A DNA stretch of 64,000 bases from Candidatus Hadarchaeota archaeon (GCA_964384105.1 CAYLJV010000004.1:77820-141819), one strand, 5' to 3'. Shown: positions 1 to 9,799, counted from the stretch's first letter. Notes: generated from the sequence alone by a model not told the origin. Program-made: numbers and translations.

Positions 1-49
1 AAGGATTTTGGAAGCTGAATATGTGGAAGAGGGAACAGAGCATTAGAAA

Positions 50-694
50 TTATTTCTGTCCGTAATCTTTGGAATACATCTTCGTCATTTTTTCTACGTC
101 ATCTTTGCTCAGCTTATGTGGTGATCCTAAAAGTTTGGAAAAAACATGGATCTTGGCGCTCTTCTCAGTTATCTCAGCTACCTTTAGCGCCTCTTTCATG
201 TCTTCTCCAACAGCTACCACTCCGTGGTTGGCTAGGAGTACGGCTTTTTTGTTGCCGAGTGCACTCATAGCAGAGTCAGCTAAATCCTTAGTACCGGGTA
301 ATTTGTATTCAGCCGTTTCTACACTTCCACCTACTATCTGAACCATATCCTCGACAATTGGGGGAATATCCTTTCTGCTGCAAGCTACAGCACTTGCGAA
401 GGTAGAATGAGTGTGAACAATAGCGTTCACGTCTTTTCTCGATTTATATATCTTAGTATGAAGTTGATATTCGGTTGAGGGTTTTCTTTTTCCTTCTTTT
501 ATTTCACCGGCGAGATTCAGGATTACTATGTCTTCCTCGCCTACTTCCGTATAATCTATTCCAGAAGGGGTTATGGCGATTTTTTCCGGTTCTTTTTCAA
601 GTCTGTGGCTTAGATTTCCCCAAGTACCTGCTACTAATCCTCTTTCGTAAATCTTTATTCCAGATTTTACCAATTCTTTCTTTTCGTTTACCAT
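50..694 (-). CDS. Class II aldolase/adducin family protein (L-fuculose-phosphate aldolase-like)
   Basis: GNLS, ITPSG, PSTE..LH, HTHS and LLANHG motifs of Zn-dependent class II aldolases. Confidence 0.9.
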   Translation of the reverse strand: MVNEKKELVKSGIKIYERGLVAGTWGNLSHRLEKEPEKIAITPSGIDYTEVGEEDIVILNLAGEIKEGKRKPSTEYQLHTKIYKSRKDVNAIVHTHSTFASAVACSRKDIPPIVEDMVQIVGGSVETAEYKLPGTKDLADSAMSALGNKKAVLLANHGVVAVGEDMKEALKVAEITEKSAKIHVFSKLLGSPHKLSKDDVEKMTKMYSKDYGQK

Positions 695-710
695 GTCTCT
701 TCCTTCAAAA

Positions 711-1850
711 TTAGAGAGAAGATACTGCTTTTTCTAGTCTTGCTAGGGCCTCTTCGATGTTTTCTACGGAGTTTGCGTAACTCATTCGGATATGCCCTTC
801 CCCAGCTGGTCCAAAGGCACTGCCGGGGGTTGTTGCTACTCCCGCTTCTTTGAGTAGGTGTTTGCAAAGGTCCATAGATTTCATCCCTAGGTCTTCAATG
901 TTAGGAAATACATAGAATGCACCATCTGGTTTTACACAGTTAATACCGGCTATAGAATTCAGACCATCGACTATAACGTCTCTTCGTTTCTTGTATTCTC
1001 CAACCATTTTACTAACGCAGTCCTGAGACCCTTCTAAAGCGGTTACACCCGCATACTGGGCGAATGAGGTGGGACAAGTTGTGGAATTTTGTTGGATTTT
1101 AATCATTTCTGAAATAATATCTTTATCTGCCGCAGTGTAGCCCAATCTCCATCCGGTCATGGAGTAAGTCTTGGAAAAACCATTAATGTATATGGTCCGA
1201 TCTCTGTGTTCTTCGAATGAAGCAATACTGACTATATCATTATCATAGCTTATTTCATCGTAGACTTCGTCGGTTAGTATCCAGAGGTCGTGATCCGAGG
1301 CGAGGTCTGCTAGAGCTTTGAGATCTCTCTTTTCTAATACTGCTCCGGTTGGATTGTTTGGGTAATTAAGTAGTATCAGTTTAGTTTTCGAAGATATTTT
1401 CTCTTTCACATCTTCTGCTTTCAGTCTGTATCCCTCTTCTTCACTAGCTTCGACAAATACTGGTTTTGCGTTTATTATCCTTGTCATTCCTTCGTAGGTC
1501 CAGCATGGGGTTGGTAATATTACCTCATCATCTGGGTCTAGTGTGACTGTCATAGAAGAAAATAGGGATTTTTTTGCTCCTGGAGTGACTATTATTTCCT
1601 CGGGACTCCTATCTATTCCCTTTTCACTTATTTTTTTGGAGATAGCTTTTCGGAGTTTCGGTATTCCCGCACTCGAGGTGTATCCTATCTTACCTTCGTC
1701 AAGAGCTTTTTTTGCACTTTCTTTAATGTGTTCAGGGGTATCAAAATCAGGTTGACCCACTTCTAAATGTACGATATCTTTTCCGTCCGCTTCTAGTTTA
1801 TTTGCCAGTGAAAGTATTTCAAGAGTGCCAGAACCGGGCACATCTTTCAT
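711..1850 (-). CDS. PLP-dependent class I/II aminotransferase (aspartate aminotransferase-like); true start may be ATT at 1868
   Basis: GQPDF, NYPNNPTG, DEVY and FSKTYSMTGWRLG (PLP lysine) motifs. Confidence 0.92.
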   Translation of the reverse strand: MKDVPGSGTLEILSLANKLEADGKDIVHLEVGQPDFDTPEHIKESAKKALDEGKIGYTSSAGIPKLRKAISKKISEKGIDRSPEEIIVTPGAKKSLFSSMTVTLDPDDEVILPTPCWTYEGMTRIINAKPVFVEASEEEGYRLKAEDVKEKISSKTKLILLNYPNNPTGAVLEKRDLKALADLASDHDLWILTDEVYDEISYDNDIVSIASFEEHRDRTIYINGFSKTYSMTGWRLGYTAADKDIISEMIKIQQNSTTCPTSFAQYAGVTALEGSQDCVSKMVGEYKKRRDVIVDGLNSIAGINCVKPDGAFYVFPNIEDLGMKSMDLCKHLLKEAGVATTPGSAFGPAGEGHIRMSYANSVENIEEALARLEKAVSSL

Positions 1851-1921
1851 ACGATTTGCTATTCTAATCTTAATCTCCCGCTAAAGTTTTACGATTGTAT
1901 GTATAAGTTTTCTTCGATTAT

Positions 1922-3502
1922 ATGCATTGGGCAGATCAGGTTGCAGAGGAACTCAAAAACAGGCCAAAGGAAGACCATGTCGTAGCTAGCGGTATCTCGA
2001 TTTCGGGTAATATCCATATTGGTCATTCTAATGACGTGTTTATTGCTGATGCGATTAGACGGGCCTTAGGGGAAATAGATGTTGAGGCTCAGGCGTTGTG
2101 GTATGCGGACGATTTTGATCCAATGCGGAGGGTCCCGTGGCCACTTTCCGAGGAGGATTACAAGGAGTATTTAGGCATGCCATATGTGGATATTCCCTCT
2201 CCTGACCCCGACTACGAGAGCTTTGTAGATTATTTTGAGAAGCCATTCCTAGAATCTCTGGACGATTTTGGGATAAAGGTAGATATCTATTCTTCATACG
2301 AGATCTATCAGAGTGGAAAACTAGTCGATCAGATCAGAACTTCATTGGAAAATTCTGAAAAGATTCGAGTTATCCTTAATAAGTTCAGATCTAACAACCT
2401 CCCGAAAGATTGGCTCCCTTACGATGCAGTCTGTGAGAACTGCGGTAGGATAGCTACCACTCGAGCTTACGATTGGGAGGGCAATTACGTTTATTATGTC
2501 TGTGAAGGCGCGGATTATGTGGAAGGATGTGGATATGAGGGAAAAGCGGATTATACTAAAGGTGAGGGTAAGCTAACCTGGCGTGTTGAGTGGCCGGCCC
2601 GCTGGAAGATGTTGGGGGTTACTTGTGAACCCTTTGGCAAAGACCACGCTGCCGCTGGTGGTAGCTATGATACAGGGAAGTTAATTGCGAAGGAAGTCTT
2701 TGACTATAAACCACCTGAGCCGATTCCTTACGAGTGGATAAGTATGAAAGGTAAGCCACTTTCCTCTTCTAAGGGACGGGTCTTTACTTTGAAGGAGTGG
2801 CTGGAGGTCGCTGACCCAGAATTACTCAGGTACTTTATCTTTAGAAGCAAGGCTATGAAGGCGAAGGATTTCGATCCGGGCCTTCCTCTTCTTGAACTCT
2901 ATAAGGAGTATAGGCAATTGGAGAAGGTTTACTTTGGAAAGGATGAGGCCAAGGAGAGTCGAGAAGAGCAGTTGAACAGAATATATGAACTCTCTCAGGT
3001 CGAGGATGTTCCTAAGAAGTATCCTCAGAGAATTCCTTTCAGTTTGGCTACTATAATGATCCAAGTGGCTAGAGATTCGGACCATGTCATCAGGATACTC
3101 AAGAGGAAGGGTGTTCTTGAGAATCCTACGAATTGGGAAATTAAACAAGCGGAGGAGCGGCTCGAGAGGGCTGAGAATTGGGTGGAGAAGTACGCTCCAG
3201 ATAATGTACGATTGGAGATACTGAAAGAAGTTAGCGAAGAAATAAAGGAGAATCTTTCGCCAAAACAAAAAGAATGTCTTTCTTCTTTGGCTAAGGATCT
3301 TTCAGAGAGGGATTATGGCCCTGAAGAAATTCATAATAGGGTGTATGAAACCGCTCGAGAGAATGATTTAAAACCTGTTAAACTCTTTCAAGCTATTTAC
3401 AAAGTATTGTTGGGCCAAAAGTATGGTCCACGGGTAGGAAACTTCCTTACAGCTCTTGAGGACGAATTTGTTATTGAAAGATTCAATAATGCCGCAAACT
3501 GA
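1922..3502 (+). CDS. lysS: Class I lysyl-tRNA synthetase
   Basis: MHWAD N-terminus, HIGH motif, GKLTWRVEWPARW, EPFGKDH, LSSSKG (KMSKS-like), GPRVG. Confidence 0.97.
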   Translation: MHWADQVAEELKNRPKEDHVVASGISISGNIHIGHSNDVFIADAIRRALGEIDVEAQALWYADDFDPMRRVPWPLSEEDYKEYLGMPYVDIPSPDPDYESFVDYFEKPFLESLDDFGIKVDIYSSYEIYQSGKLVDQIRTSLENSEKIRVILNKFRSNNLPKDWLPYDAVCENCGRIATTRAYDWEGNYVYYVCEGADYVEGCGYEGKADYTKGEGKLTWRVEWPARWKMLGVTCEPFGKDHAAAGGSYDTGKLIAKEVFDYKPPEPIPYEWISMKGKPLSSSKGRVFTLKEWLEVADPELLRYFIFRSKAMKAKDFDPGLPLLELYKEYRQLEKVYFGKDEAKESREEQLNRIYELSQVEDVPKKYPQRIPFSLATIMIQVARDSDHVIRILKRKGVLENPTNWEIKQAEERLERAENWVEKYAPDNVRLEILKEVSEEIKENLSPKQKECLSSLAKDLSERDYGPEEIHNRVYETARENDLKPVKLFQAIYKVLLGQKYGPRVGNFLTALEDEFVIERFNNAAN

Positions 3503-3531
3503 CTTTTTTAAAACTTAATTTTATTCGATTA

Positions 3532-3744
3532 TTAAGGTTCTGAACCGAAAAGTTGTTCTACCAGAGATTTATCTTTAGGTTTCGTTTTCTCCCTTTCTGC
3601 TTCTTTGTCTACTTTGCCCTTTTTTATTATGATACCTTTGCAGTTTCTACAACGGAAGAATTCGTTGTTTCCTACATCGGCCCCTAGATACTTTAGGGAA
3701 TCGTGCTCACAGTCCTTGTCTCCGGCTACACTATAAAATGTCAT
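3532..3744 (-). CDS. Small putative zinc-ribbon protein
   Basis: 70 aa with CEH...CRNC ligand pattern. Confidence 0.65.
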   Translation of the reverse strand: MTFYSVAGDKDCEHDSLKYLGADVGNNEFFRCRNCKGIIIKKGKVDKEAEREKTKPKDKSLVEQLFGSEP

Positions 3745-3844
3745 TTCACTTTTAGCTGTCTTTTTGGTAACAAGTAAACTTTTTGGGTGTTTTAACTTTT
3801 TGGATGTTTTATGATAGATACGGCTTTGCTGATTGGTAAAGATT

Positions 3845-3997
3845 CTAGGAATTCTCTTCCGATATTTTGTCTATCAGAAACAAAATGGGGCTAAAAAATA
3901 ACGCAACTAGAATCAACAGTATTTTCACCGGTTTTGGAACATATCCTTGGTCGAGCATGTCATAGAGTCGATCTATCTCTTCGTCTCTAGTCGTCAT
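3845..3997 (-). CDS. Small putative membrane protein (50 aa, not in ORF track)
   Basis: Manual translation MTTRDEEIDRLYDMLDQGYVPKPVKILLILVALFFSPILFLIDKISEENS; one hydrophobic stretch; TTTATATA box upstream. Confidence 0.5.
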   Translation of the reverse strand: MTTRDEEIDRLYDMLDQGYVPKPVKILLILVALFFSPILFLIDKISEENS

Positions 3998-4136
3998 TGT
4001 CAGTGGACTTTCACCAATAAGTTATATAAAATTGTTTTTACCAACGCTCTTTCAAATTGTCAATGGTTTATATTTAAAAGCAGTGTTAGAGCTTTAAGAG
4101 AATAAAAATTAAACTATAGTTTTGTGAGGAAATTAG

Positions 4137-5321
4137 ATGAACATTTTGATTTGGATAGGAATCGCCGCCGCAGTCCTATGGATTTTCATAATAATTTTGG
4201 ATCGATTGTATGATTTGGAGTCCAAAGGTATCTCAGTAGCTCCGGGAATGGTTACTTGGCGTACCCAGCATGGTCTCGGTTTCATTGACAGGATAGCTAA
4301 GGCTGGAAAAGGTCTTTGGAAAGTTTTTGGATATCTTGGAGGTAGTATAGGGGGTATCCTCATGGCAGTAATGTTTGCCTTGCTGATCCTCAATACTGTT
4401 ATGTTGTATACAGTGGGGGCACCGCCGGGTACGGGAGGTGCAGGTGTTAGGTTTGCCATACCAGGGCTCACGATACCTCTTCTAGCGGGGATAATCGGTC
4501 TCGCTACCGTATTGATTGTTCACGAACCGGCTCACGGCATTGTTCTCAGAAAACTTGGTATGAAGACTAAATCAACGGGTTTGGCACTCTTTTTACTCAT
4601 CCCTGGAGCTTTTGTTGAGGAGGACGAAGAGGAGTTCAAAAAAGTATCTGTTTCGAAAAGGATTCAGGTGGCGGGGGCTGGGTCTTTTGCTAACTTAATA
4701 TTGGCGATGGGTTGTTTCCTGATTGTACTAACTCTCATTTCACCTTTATCTGGTCTATACATAACCAATGCAGTTGAGAATCAACCAGCTGCGATGGCGG
4801 GTTTGCCTGATGGGTCTCGTTTGGTGGGAATAGACGACACTCAGATCGAGGATTACTCGGATCTTCAGAATTTTATGGAAAACGCTTACCCAGGTCAGGA
4901 GATTGTCTTAAGGACCACGGAGAACCAATATCTTGTAACTCTTGCGAGTGATAATGGTGAACCGCATATTGGAATTGAGTTCATAGCGGCGACTTCGATC
5001 TCTAAAGGCACATTGATGAGGCCAGTCGGAATATATTCAGTGGCAATTAGCGAGATATTGATGAATCCGATAGTGAATCAATATACTTACGATAGTCCCA
5101 TCCCTTGGTCTATCTTAGAATTGCTCAAATGGATATTTACTTTGAATCTTTTGGTTGGGCTCTTTAACCTTCTGCCGCTCAAACCACTCGATGGGGGGCA
5201 CATAGTGCAGGGTCTTTCTGAAAAGATCGCGTCTAAGTCGAATGCAAGCAGGATAGCTAATGGGATCAGTAGTATAACCTTGATAGTTATTTTGTTGAAT
5301 TTCCTCCCAGCTCTCACGTGA
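4137..5321 (+). CDS. Site-2 protease (peptidase M50) with PDZ-like insert
   Basis: HEPAH (HExxH), GAFVE, AGSFAN, NLLPLKPLDGG; multiple TM segments. Confidence 0.93.
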   Translation: MNILIWIGIAAAVLWIFIIILDRLYDLESKGISVAPGMVTWRTQHGLGFIDRIAKAGKGLWKVFGYLGGSIGGILMAVMFALLILNTVMLYTVGAPPGTGGAGVRFAIPGLTIPLLAGIIGLATVLIVHEPAHGIVLRKLGMKTKSTGLALFLLIPGAFVEEDEEEFKKVSVSKRIQVAGAGSFANLILAMGCFLIVLTLISPLSGLYITNAVENQPAAMAGLPDGSRLVGIDDTQIEDYSDLQNFMENAYPGQEIVLRTTENQYLVTLASDNGEPHIGIEFIAATSISKGTLMRPVGIYSVAISEILMNPIVNQYTYDSPIPWSILELLKWIFTLNLLVGLFNLLPLKPLDGGHIVQGLSEKIASKSNASRIANGISSITLIVILLNFLPALT

Positions 5322-5542
5322 TAACGATGGACGATATCGAGGTCAACGTTAGAATTGTTTCGGACGAAGGCTCTGGAACTTACAAACTGGGTTCTGGGTC
5401 AAGTATTAGAGACCTGCTCGAAAGTCTCGACAGAAATCCTGAGACCGTAGTGGTTAAGCGGAACGATAAGATAGTTCCCGAGGAAGAAGAATTGGAGAGC
5501 GGAGATGAAATAGTGGTAGTACCCGTGGTTTCGGGTGGTTAG
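5318..5542 (+). CDS. Ubiquitin-like sulfur carrier (SAMP/ThiS/MoaD family)
   Basis: beta-grasp size, C-terminal VVSGG; directly upstream of ncsA. Confidence 0.92.
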   Translation: MITMDDIEVNVRIVSDEGSGTYKLGSGSSIRDLLESLDRNPETVVVKRNDKIVPEEEELESGDEIVVVPVVSGG

Positions 5543-6502
5543 TTGAAGGAGTGCAGTTTTTGCGGGAGACGGGCCGTTTACAATCACAGGACCGCTGGCG
5601 TTTATAGATGCGACAGATGCTTTTCCAAAAATATAGAGAAAAGATTTCGTCGGACTGTTAATAAATACGACCTCGTGGAACCCGGCGACAGAGTCATAGC
5701 AGGAGTTTCAGGTGGAAGTGACAGTGTTGTCAATCTGAAGTTACTTGCCGATTACTCTAATTATCGTGATATCGAAGTTGTTTCTTTGACCATAGATGAG
5801 GGAATAGAAGGATATCGAGACGAGAGTATTCCGATCGCTAGAGAAAATTCGGAGAATTTAGGTATAGAACACGTCGTCGTAGGGTTTGAGGGGGTTTTCG
5901 GCGAGAATCTGGACGAATTGGCGAGAATTTCAGAGGAAATAAGCGGACCCGATCCGTGCACGCTCTGTGGAATTCTACGCAGATCCCTCCTCAACCAAGC
6001 TTCTCGCGAATTGAATGGGGATAGATTAGCTATCGCCCACAATCTCGACGATGAGGTCCAGACAATCATGTTGAATTACATAAGAGGGGACCTTTCAAGG
6101 CTCAAGAGAATAGGCCCAAAGACCGAAGCACAGGAAGGTTTCGTTCCGAGAATCAAGCCGTTGAGAGAAATAACCGAGAAAGAAGCCGCGATCTATGGGA
6201 TGTTGAAGGGTCTAAAGATCCATGTGGCGACCTGTTCTTATGTGGGGGGTATGAGAAGCGAGGTTCGGGACTTTATTAATAAGTTGGAAGAAAACCACCC
6301 CACCACAAAATTTAGGATATTGAGAATGTTTGATGAAATGAATCCCCATTTACCTTCTGAATCGAAAGATTTTGAGTTAGAACGTTGCGAAATATGTGGC
6401 GAGCCCGCTACAGGTGGTTTGTGCAGGGCATGTGAACTGTTAGAACGACTTGGTATAGAAAGAAGGAAAAAAGTCTTATTTCCGACTAAAGACAAAGGGT
6501 AA
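5543..6502 (+). CDS. ncsA: tRNA 2-thiolation protein (TtuA/Ncs6/NcsA)
   Basis: N- and C-terminal CxxC zinc fingers, SGGSDS PP-loop, CTLCGILRR, HNLDD, RIKPL. Confidence 0.93.
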   Translation: MKECSFCGRRAVYNHRTAGVYRCDRCFSKNIEKRFRRTVNKYDLVEPGDRVIAGVSGGSDSVVNLKLLADYSNYRDIEVVSLTIDEGIEGYRDESIPIARENSENLGIEHVVVGFEGVFGENLDELARISEEISGPDPCTLCGILRRSLLNQASRELNGDRLAIAHNLDDEVQTIMLNYIRGDLSRLKRIGPKTEAQEGFVPRIKPLREITEKEAAIYGMLKGLKIHVATCSYVGGMRSEVRDFINKLEENHPTTKFRILRMFDEMNPHLPSESKDFELERCEICGEPATGGLCRACELLERLGIERRKKVLFPTKDKG

Positions 6503-6506
6503 CACT

Positions 6507-6821
6507 GGTGGCGAGCTAGGCCGGGGAGCTAGCGGTTCCCTATACGAAAATCCGCTATATGTCGGGCCGAAGCTCTGGGGCGGCGTTCGGAACCACACGT
6601 CGGCTCGACTCGGAGCGTAGACGCCTCGTCCTGTTGGGTCGCTGGTGGCGGACTCTCAACCGGAGGGTTGAGACGAACCGCCTTCGCCTGCTGAATCCGG
6701 TCAGGGACGGAAGTCCGCAGCTGTAGGCAGGACAGTTGGCGCTTGCAGGGTCGCGGGGCCGAGCTACCGACCGAGTGTCAGGCGTGTGGGGAAGGCGTCC
6801 ACCCAGAGCCCGTTCGCCACC
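6507..6821 (+). ncRNA. ffs: Archaeal SRP (7S) RNA
   Basis: ~315 nt, GC-rich; ends pair (GGTGGCGA/TCGCCACC); helix 6 CTCAACC-GGAG-GGTTGAG; helix 8 CAGG-GAC-GGAA-GTC-CGCAG. Confidence 0.93.
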
Positions 6822-6912
6822 ATATTAATCCTGGTTTAGAGCATTGTCGAAAAATCAATATTTAATATTAATGAATGTTTAAGTTGAGGAAAAAGAAAAA
6901 TAACTTGCAGAT

Positions 6913-7002
6913 GCCGGGGTGGCCCAGTCTGGTAACGGCGCTGGCTTGCTAAGCCAGTTGCGCGAGAGCGCTTCCTGGGTTCAAATCCCAGCCCCGGCGC
7001 CA
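6913..7002 (+). tRNA. tRNA-Ser(GCT)
   Basis: Acceptor GCCGGGG/CCCCGGC, anticodon arm CTGGC-TTGCTAA-GCCAG, long variable arm, TTCAAAT T-loop, G73, encoded CCA. Confidence 0.97.
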
Positions 7003-7074
7003 TTTCTTTTGTGCGAAGTGAATAAGGAAATTGTAGCGTTTTGATAATTCTAGTATTAAGATTCTTGATATTGA

Positions 7075-7345
7075 GAAGGAAGGCCGGGGACGTTACCTCT
7101 TTCGCGGGCAGGTTGTTGCCTATACTCTTTTATGTCGGTCGCCAACCGACTACAGTGCCTGCCGGCGCGCCCGGGACCCTCTGAACCACAAAGTGGTTCT
7201 CCAAGTCACCGCTTGGCTGTTTGAACAAGGAGTGAGAAATCTGCCAGCGGGACTTTTAATCCGCCGGTGTTGAAAATATAGTTCCTCAAGAGAAAAGTCA
7301 ACGACCGACGGGAGCATGAAAGGATAGTCCTTTAATCAATTTATT
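7075..7345 (-). ncRNA. Candidate unclassified structured RNA
   Basis: GC-rich intergenic block with at least 6 helices; imperfect pairs are G-U on the minus strand but A-C on the plus strand; TTTATATA upstream on minus. Confidence 0.5.
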
Positions 7346-7511
7346 CTGGTTTTACCTCCTTAACAGTATATAAACTATATACTTCTATGTTCTATAACAT
7401 ATTTATATTCCCGGATTTTTTTAAAAAAAACGGAATCATCGATTGCGAATAGGTGAGATGAATCGGGAACATAAACGAAGAGACTCATTTTGGAGGGCTC
7501 TTAATTCTGGA

Positions 7512-7862
7512 CTATAAATTGTTTTGGCGCATTTTCAAGAACTCGGACCATTCATTGGGTTTTATTCCTGCTATCCTCTTCGCTTCTTTTCTAATGGCTT
7601 GTTCTCCTCGTGTTTCAAGTATGTATTCAATCCACTCTGATTTTCTATGATTTTTCAAAAATTCTTTTAGATCCTCCAATTCCAGAGTATCTATTTTTTC
7701 GAGTGTATTTTCTGAGTCATCTTTTACCGAAGCGGGGGACTCGTAGTCTTTTTTTATCAATTCTTCGATGTATTTTGAAATGTTTGAGTGATCCTTTTTA
7801 AGCCGCTTGATTAGTTTTTCCGACAATTTAATCTCTAGGCGGATTTTGCTGTCTTTGCACAT
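7512..7862 (-). CDS. Hypothetical protein with RHH/CopG-like N-terminus
   Basis: IRLEIKLSEKLIKRL..NISKYIEELIKKD resembles a ribbon-helix-helix. Confidence 0.55.
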   Translation of the reverse strand: MCKDSKIRLEIKLSEKLIKRLKKDHSNISKYIEELIKKDYESPASVKDDSENTLEKIDTLELEDLKEFLKNHRKSEWIEYILETRGEQAIRKEAKRIAGIKPNEWSEFLKMRQNNL

Positions 7863-7941
7863 CGTTGATATCTCTTCCGTTAGTAGTAAAAATAGATAGG
7901 GGGAGTAAAAATTTAAGGAACTCGATCTGTTCTTTTTCGTG

Positions 7942-9214
7942 AACCGTTCAATTTTCTGATAAGTACCGATACAAATTTAAAAGAGGAGCCCCGGAAGCCA
8001 GAAGAAAAGGGGGATCGGGAGGTGACTTCTCACTTCCGAGGCATTAGTATTAGATCAAGTGATTATGGGCCACCTGTATCTTCAGGAATTCCCGCATCCT
8101 CTGGGGGCCCAGCATTTTCTGAATTGTTTTCATTGTTATCTTCCGTTGATCCTGCGTTATCTGGAATGTTTCCGAAGGAGTTCTCTGATGGTCCCATGTT
8201 CCCTGGTACATCAAGGTTCTCGAGGAAATCTCTGATATTATCCATGTTTATTTCTCGGTCCTTCAGGATGTTTCGAATGATTCCTGGGGGTAGTGTTTTT
8301 TCCTTTAAGAAGTTCTCGAGATCTTCGGTTGGGATATTTCTGTTTTCCAGTATCTCTTTGAGTATTCCTGGTGGTAGTTCCTTACCCTCCAAGAAGTTCA
8401 ATAGGTTCTCGTAATGTATTTCACGATTTTCTAAAACTTGCTTCATAATACCCGGTGGCACGAAATTGTTCTCTATCATTCTTTTGACGTTTTCCCAAGC
8501 GTTGTCCATTTCTTGGATTTTTTGTTTCAGTATTCCTGGTGGTATTTCCCCTTCACCGAATGCATTTTCGATATTCTCTAGGACTCTTTCCTGTACTCTG
8601 CTGCGAATCATGGCCCTTTCAATCGCCTGCTTAGCTTGAGGTGAGACTTTGTTCTCTAGATTCTCTAAAACTCTAATGTGGTTTTGTACTGCTTCTCTTG
8701 CTCTCTGGATCCCCTTACCATTATTAGCGAATCCTGCAGCTTTTCCTATCCGGTCTCCTGCTTCGCTAAGCAAGTTAGCGTGATTGTTAGAGATTCCTCC
8801 TGAGGCTACATTTTTGTATTCTTGAATTCGTTCTTGAGCTCTATCTAAATGCCAGTTTGGATTATCGGAATTTGCTAATTCCTTTATTCGTTCTCCGGCC
8901 ATTTCCAATCCATAAAGTGGACTTTCCGGATTCTGATCAGCAAAGGAATCTACTGCTACAGGAGTTCCGACTGCTCCGCCGGCAACCGCTACGATTGCAA
9001 CAACTGCCGCTGCGGTGACCACTCCTGCTTGTCCTAAGTTTAACATTTTTTCTTTCACCTCCATGATTTTTCTTAATCTTTTGGTAAATCCATGTCCAGG
9101 ACCTTATTTAAATAATCTCCAACAACCGTTCATCTTGTGATTTTATTCCCTATTAGGAAGTACAATTTTATCCTAAAATCCAAATAGAGATTTTAAAACG
9201 TTCATTTTTCAGAT
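7942..9214. promoter_or_regulatory. Three copies of a ~19-bp motif (AAcCGTTCA..TT...GAT) at 7942, 9124 and 9196
   Basis: aaccgttcaattttctgat / aaccgttcatcttgtgat / aaacgttcatttttcagat; upstream of the 7862 and 9064 starts. Confidence 0.5.
8063..9064 (-). CDS. Secreted/surface helical protein (DUF5667-like) with internal PPG repeats and an acidic tail
   Basis: GQ followed by a hydrophobic stretch; PESPLYGLEMAGERI; four PPGI(L/M/I)K/R repeats. Confidence 0.75.
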   Translation of the reverse strand: MEVKEKMLNLGQAGVVTAAAVVAIVAVAGGAVGTPVAVDSFADQNPESPLYGLEMAGERIKELANSDNPNWHLDRAQERIQEYKNVASGGISNNHANLLSEAGDRIGKAAGFANNGKGIQRAREAVQNHIRVLENLENKVSPQAKQAIERAMIRSRVQERVLENIENAFGEGEIPPGILKQKIQEMDNAWENVKRMIENNFVPPGIMKQVLENREIHYENLLNFLEGKELPPGILKEILENRNIPTEDLENFLKEKTLPPGIIRNILKDREINMDNIRDFLENLDVPGNMGPSENSFGNIPDNAGSTEDNNENNSENAGPPEDAGIPEDTGGP

Positions 9215-9381
9215 AAAAGCTTAATTAAAACTTTAAATTCTAATCAGAAGAATTTACCAAAAATCGTTATAGGTCCCTTAAGTGGTCGGTTCTTGTTGGA
9301 TGTGTTTTGTGATTGTTCGGAATTTGAGTAGAAAATGATAGTTTTGGCGAAAAGTAAGAATGGTCGAATGCGATAAGTTGA

Positions 9382-9717
9382 TTATTTTACCATAGTTAAG
9401 AACATTTTGAATTTTTCTTCGGCTTTAAGTGAATGAGGTTCGCTTGAGGGTATTACCGTGCTTTCTCCCGATTTTAGTTCCAGATCCTTTCCTGAGATAG
9501 TAACTTTTGCCTTTCCTTCTAGAATCTGTAGTAGGGCTTCGTATGGGGCTGTATGTTCACTAACTGTTTGTCCTTCGTCAAAAGCGAAGAGGGTTAGAGT
9601 TCCTGTTTCTCGATCTACTAATGTTTTGCTTACGATAGAACCTTCTTGGTATTCTATAAGCTCCCCTATTTTGAAGATTTTGCCGGATATTTCTCTTAGT
9701 AAGCTATTTTCACTCAT
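9382..9717 (-). CDS. Cupin domain protein
   Basis: LFAFDEGQTVSEHTAP...PHSL cupin motifs. Confidence 0.9.
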   Translation of the reverse strand: MSENSLLREISGKIFKIGELIEYQEGSIVSKTLVDRETGTLTLFAFDEGQTVSEHTAPYEALLQILEGKAKVTISGKDLELKSGESTVIPSSEPHSLKAEEKFKMFLTMVK

Positions 9718-9799
9718 GGACCCTGCTCCATATACGATTTATGGCTTATTACTGATAGGTAAAAAGAGTTTTTGGTCTTGTTTCCAAAAAATTTCACAA

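Noticed and set aside
7075-7345. Cobalamin riboswitch, HDV/hammerhead ribozyme or RNase P identity
   Set aside because: Only fragments match (ACUGUA, ACCUGCC). The B12 box, catalytic cores and RNase P P4 consensus are missing, and there is no downstream gene to regulate.
8022-8414. 130-aa plus-strand ORF
   Set aside because: Ser/Phe-rich antisense shadow of the PPG-repeat gene.
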